Source of the DNA: Candidatus Coprovivens sp. | Lineage (GTDB): Bacteria; Bacillota_I; Bacilli_A; RF39; UBA660 | NCBI GenBank assembly: GCA_051892935.1 | Contig: JBJFGS010000018.1 | Coordinates: forward strand, 1 to 64,000 | Direction: 5' to 3' | Length of the DNA stretch: 64,000 nucleotides | In this document: positions 62,008 to 64,000 of the stretch, in pieces | Position numbering within the stretch: position 1 is the first letter of the stretch | Layout of the letters: each line of letters begins with the position of its first letter | Notes under the pieces: model-generated | Database searches by the model: none | What the model was told of the DNA's origin: nothing | What the model saw: only the letters and a program-made list of their open reading frames with translations | Made by a program: the position numbers and the translations under genes

Positions 62008-62340
62008 ATGTCAAAAGAAACATTCAAAGAATTTGTAAAAACAAAACCAGAACTAGCTGACTACGTAAAAGATAATACAATGACATGGCAAAAATTTTAT
62101 GAACTATATGATTTATATGGTGAAGATAACGAAATATGGTCAAAATATGCAACGAGTAAATCTCAAACAAAAGTAACAGACTTTATCAAAAAATTTGATC
62201 CTGACACCTTTCAACACCATATTGAAACAGCTCAAAAAGCTCTTGATATATTTAGTGAACTAGCCACTAAAACAACAGATACAAAAAATCCAATCCCACC
62301 AAACGTTGAAAGACCTATAACTAAATTCTTCGGAGATTAA
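62008..62340 (+). CDS. ylbD: Spore coat protein YlbD
   Basis: FKEFVKTKPEL...TWQKFYELYDLYGED..IW. Confidence 0.85.
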   Translation: MSKETFKEFVKTKPELADYVKDNTMTWQKFYELYDLYGEDNEIWSKYATSKSQTKVTDFIKKFDPDTFQHHIETAQKALDIFSELATKTTDTKNPIPPNVERPITKFFGD

Positions 62341-62341
62341 T

Positions 62342-62560
62342 ATGGATAGAATAGTTTTAGAAAAAATCAAAAAAGATAAACTATTTGAATATTTCAAATT
62401 AAACTCCTTTTATATAAAAGAATTAAATAGAAACCCAGCATACTACGATACACTAAAAAAAATCCTAAAAGAAAAATACAATCTAAGAATTACAGATAAA
62501 GTATCAAACGTAATTAATGATATAGAATTAGTAAGTTCAATAGTAAGCTCAATAAACTAA
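62342..62560 (+). CDS. ylbE: YlbE-like protein
   Basis: LNRNP motif, 72 aa, directly after ylbD. Confidence 0.72.
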   Translation: MDRIVLEKIKKDKLFEYFKLNSFYIKELNRNPAYYDTLKKILKEKYNLRITDKVSNVINDIELVSSIVSSIN

Positions 62561-62615
62561 TATTGTATTTTTTTCTTATTTATATTAAAATAAATATATA
62601 GAAAAGATGATAAAA

Positions 62616-63200
62616 ATGGATAAAGCAAAAGAAAAATTAACATTTTCAAAAATAGAAATATTATTTATTATAGTAATGGTAGCTCTAGTTATAATAGCTG
62701 GTATTACAGTATTTTCTTTAACAACAAGAAATCAAAATATAAAGAACTTTAAAGAAGATACTATCGAATTAGTAAATCTGGCAAAAAATGCCCATGCTGC
62801 TTTTACAATGAGTGATAAAACAAGTGGAATTATATCTAGTACTGATGGAACAACTAAAGGAATGTGTATAACTATTAAAGGATTAGAAGCAAATGATTTT
62901 CCAACAAGCAATTACAAAGATTGGGATGGCTATATTGTTATTGAAGAAACAGATAAACTACAATTCAACTATAGTGTCTGGGTTACTAATGGTAAATACG
63001 TTATAGATGGCTATGACTCCAAAAAAATAGAAAGTCTAACAATCGATGACGGAATAACATCATATAATGATGATAATTTCACAAATAAAGTAAAAACATC
63101 ATTTACAGGTACTAGTGGTGATAAAGGTGGAACCGGTTCAAGTGATGGTTCAAGTTTAAAGAGATATGAAGGTGCATGCATCAACGAAAAGGTAGAATAA
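62616..63200 (+). CDS. Pilin-like secreted protein with degenerate prepilin N-terminus
   Basis: TFSKIEILFIIVMVALV resembles GFTLIELL; CITIKGL; YSVWVTNG. Confidence 0.55.
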   Translation: MDKAKEKLTFSKIEILFIIVMVALVIIAGITVFSLTTRNQNIKNFKEDTIELVNLAKNAHAAFTMSDKTSGIISSTDGTTKGMCITIKGLEANDFPTSNYKDWDGYIVIEETDKLQFNYSVWVTNGKYVIDGYDSKKIESLTIDDGITSYNDDNFTNKVKTSFTGTSGDKGGTGSSDGSSLKRYEGACINEKVE

Positions 63201-63240
63201 ACTACCTTTTTTTGATATACTAAATAGCGAAGGTGATAAA

Positions 63241-64000
63241 ATGTTAATAATAGGAAGCCATGTATCATTTGGTAAAAATCAATTATTAGGAGCTGCTGAA
63301 GAAGCAATTAGTTATGGAAGTAACACCTTTATGTTTTATACTGGAGCTCCAACTAATACAATCAGAAAAGAAATAGACAAGAAGTATATCAAGGAAGCCC
63401 AAGAGCTTATGAAAAGTAATGAAATTGATATAAATAATGTAGTGTGTCATGCTCCATATATCGTTAATCTTGGTAATGCATCAGATCAAGAAAAATATAA
63501 TTTTAGTAAGAACTTTATAAAAAAAGAACTTACAAGATGTGATGAAATGGGTATATCAAAAATGGTTCTTCATCCAGGTAATGCAATAGGCATTACAAAA
63601 GAAGAAGGTTTAGAAAACATTACTAATGCCTTAAACGAAATCTTAGATGGAACTACCAAATGTCAAATTCTTTTAGAAACAATGGCCGGTAAAGGAACAG
63701 AATGTGGCCGTACAACAGAAGAAATAGCGTATATAATAAATAGAATTGAAAGAAAAGAACAAATAGGAGTATGTTTAGATACATGTCATCTAAATGATGG
63801 TGGATATGACATGACAGACTTCGATAATTATCTTGACGAGTTTGATAAACTTATTGGTATAGATAAAATAAAATGTATTCATATAAACGATTCCAAAAAC
63901 GAAAAAGGAACACATAAAGATCGACATGCTAACCTTGGAATAGGAACAATAGGTTTCAATACATTAATAAATATAATTTATAATGAAAGACTATCAAGTA
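63241..64000 (+). CDS. nfo: Endonuclease IV (runs off the window end)
   Basis: MLIIGSHVS, HAPYIVNL, LHPG, LETMAGKGTE, CLDTCH, HINDSK; absent from the ORF track because no stop is reached. Confidence 0.95.
   Translation, partial: MLIIGSHVSFGKNQLLGAAEEAISYGSNTFMFYTGAPTNTIRKEIDKKYIKEAQELMKSNEIDINNVVCHAPYIVNLGNASDQEKYNFSKNFIKKELTRCDEMGISKMVLHPGNAIGITKEEGLENITNALNEILDGTTKCQILLETMAGKGTECGRTTEEIAYIINRIERKEQIGVCLDTCHLNDGGYDMTDFDNYLDEFDKLIGIDKIKCIHINDSKNEKGTHKDRHANLGIGTIGFNTLINIIYNERLSS

Noticed and set aside
1-64000. Numerous short minus-strand or nested ORFs in the track (e.g. 3085, 3237, 4332, 33486, 49730, 60501, 63011)
   Set aside because: Antisense shadows of well-supported genes, with no SD or recognisable motif
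1-64000. UGA=Trp recoding (Mollicutes code 4)
   Set aside because: Conserved genes are full length in code 11, use TGG for Trp, and ylmC ends in TGA at its expected length

Overview
Very AT-rich chromosomal segment of a low-GC Bacillota organism. It is inferred to be a reduced-genome Bacilli lineage such as RF39/UBA660, uses genetic code 11, and has almost all genes on the + strand. It keeps collapsed Bacillus-like synteny (spoIVA..hup; dnaB-dnaI; fmt; sigG..ylmC-lspA-rluD; lexA..tkt-sirA-yneF..parE-parC; ylbD-ylbE; nfo), interspersed with lineage-specific membrane and surface genes. I found no rRNA, tRNA, CRISPR array, IS or prophage. Main observations: (1) recurring hairpins that bury the SD/start codon and carry a -10-like element in the loop or 5' arm, at four sporulation genes (sigG, ylmC, sirA, ylbD) and two others; (2) tandem surface-protein paralogues with 100% identical 155-bp and 272-bp arms around a divergent core; (3) an FHA-FHA-ABC exporter paired with a receptor Ser/Thr kinase carrying a 30-Cys repeat ectodomain; (4) CarD coupled to a stand-alone RNAP alpha-CTD-like protein behind a terminator-containing leader; (5) an intact 'headless' P-type ATPase; (6) a yybP-ykoY-like Mn riboswitch; (7) a 44-aa LexA-boxed membrane peptide in the yneA/sosA position; (8) an orphan AbiEi-wHTH-TPR fusion. 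All assignments come from motif recognition by eye; no searches were run.
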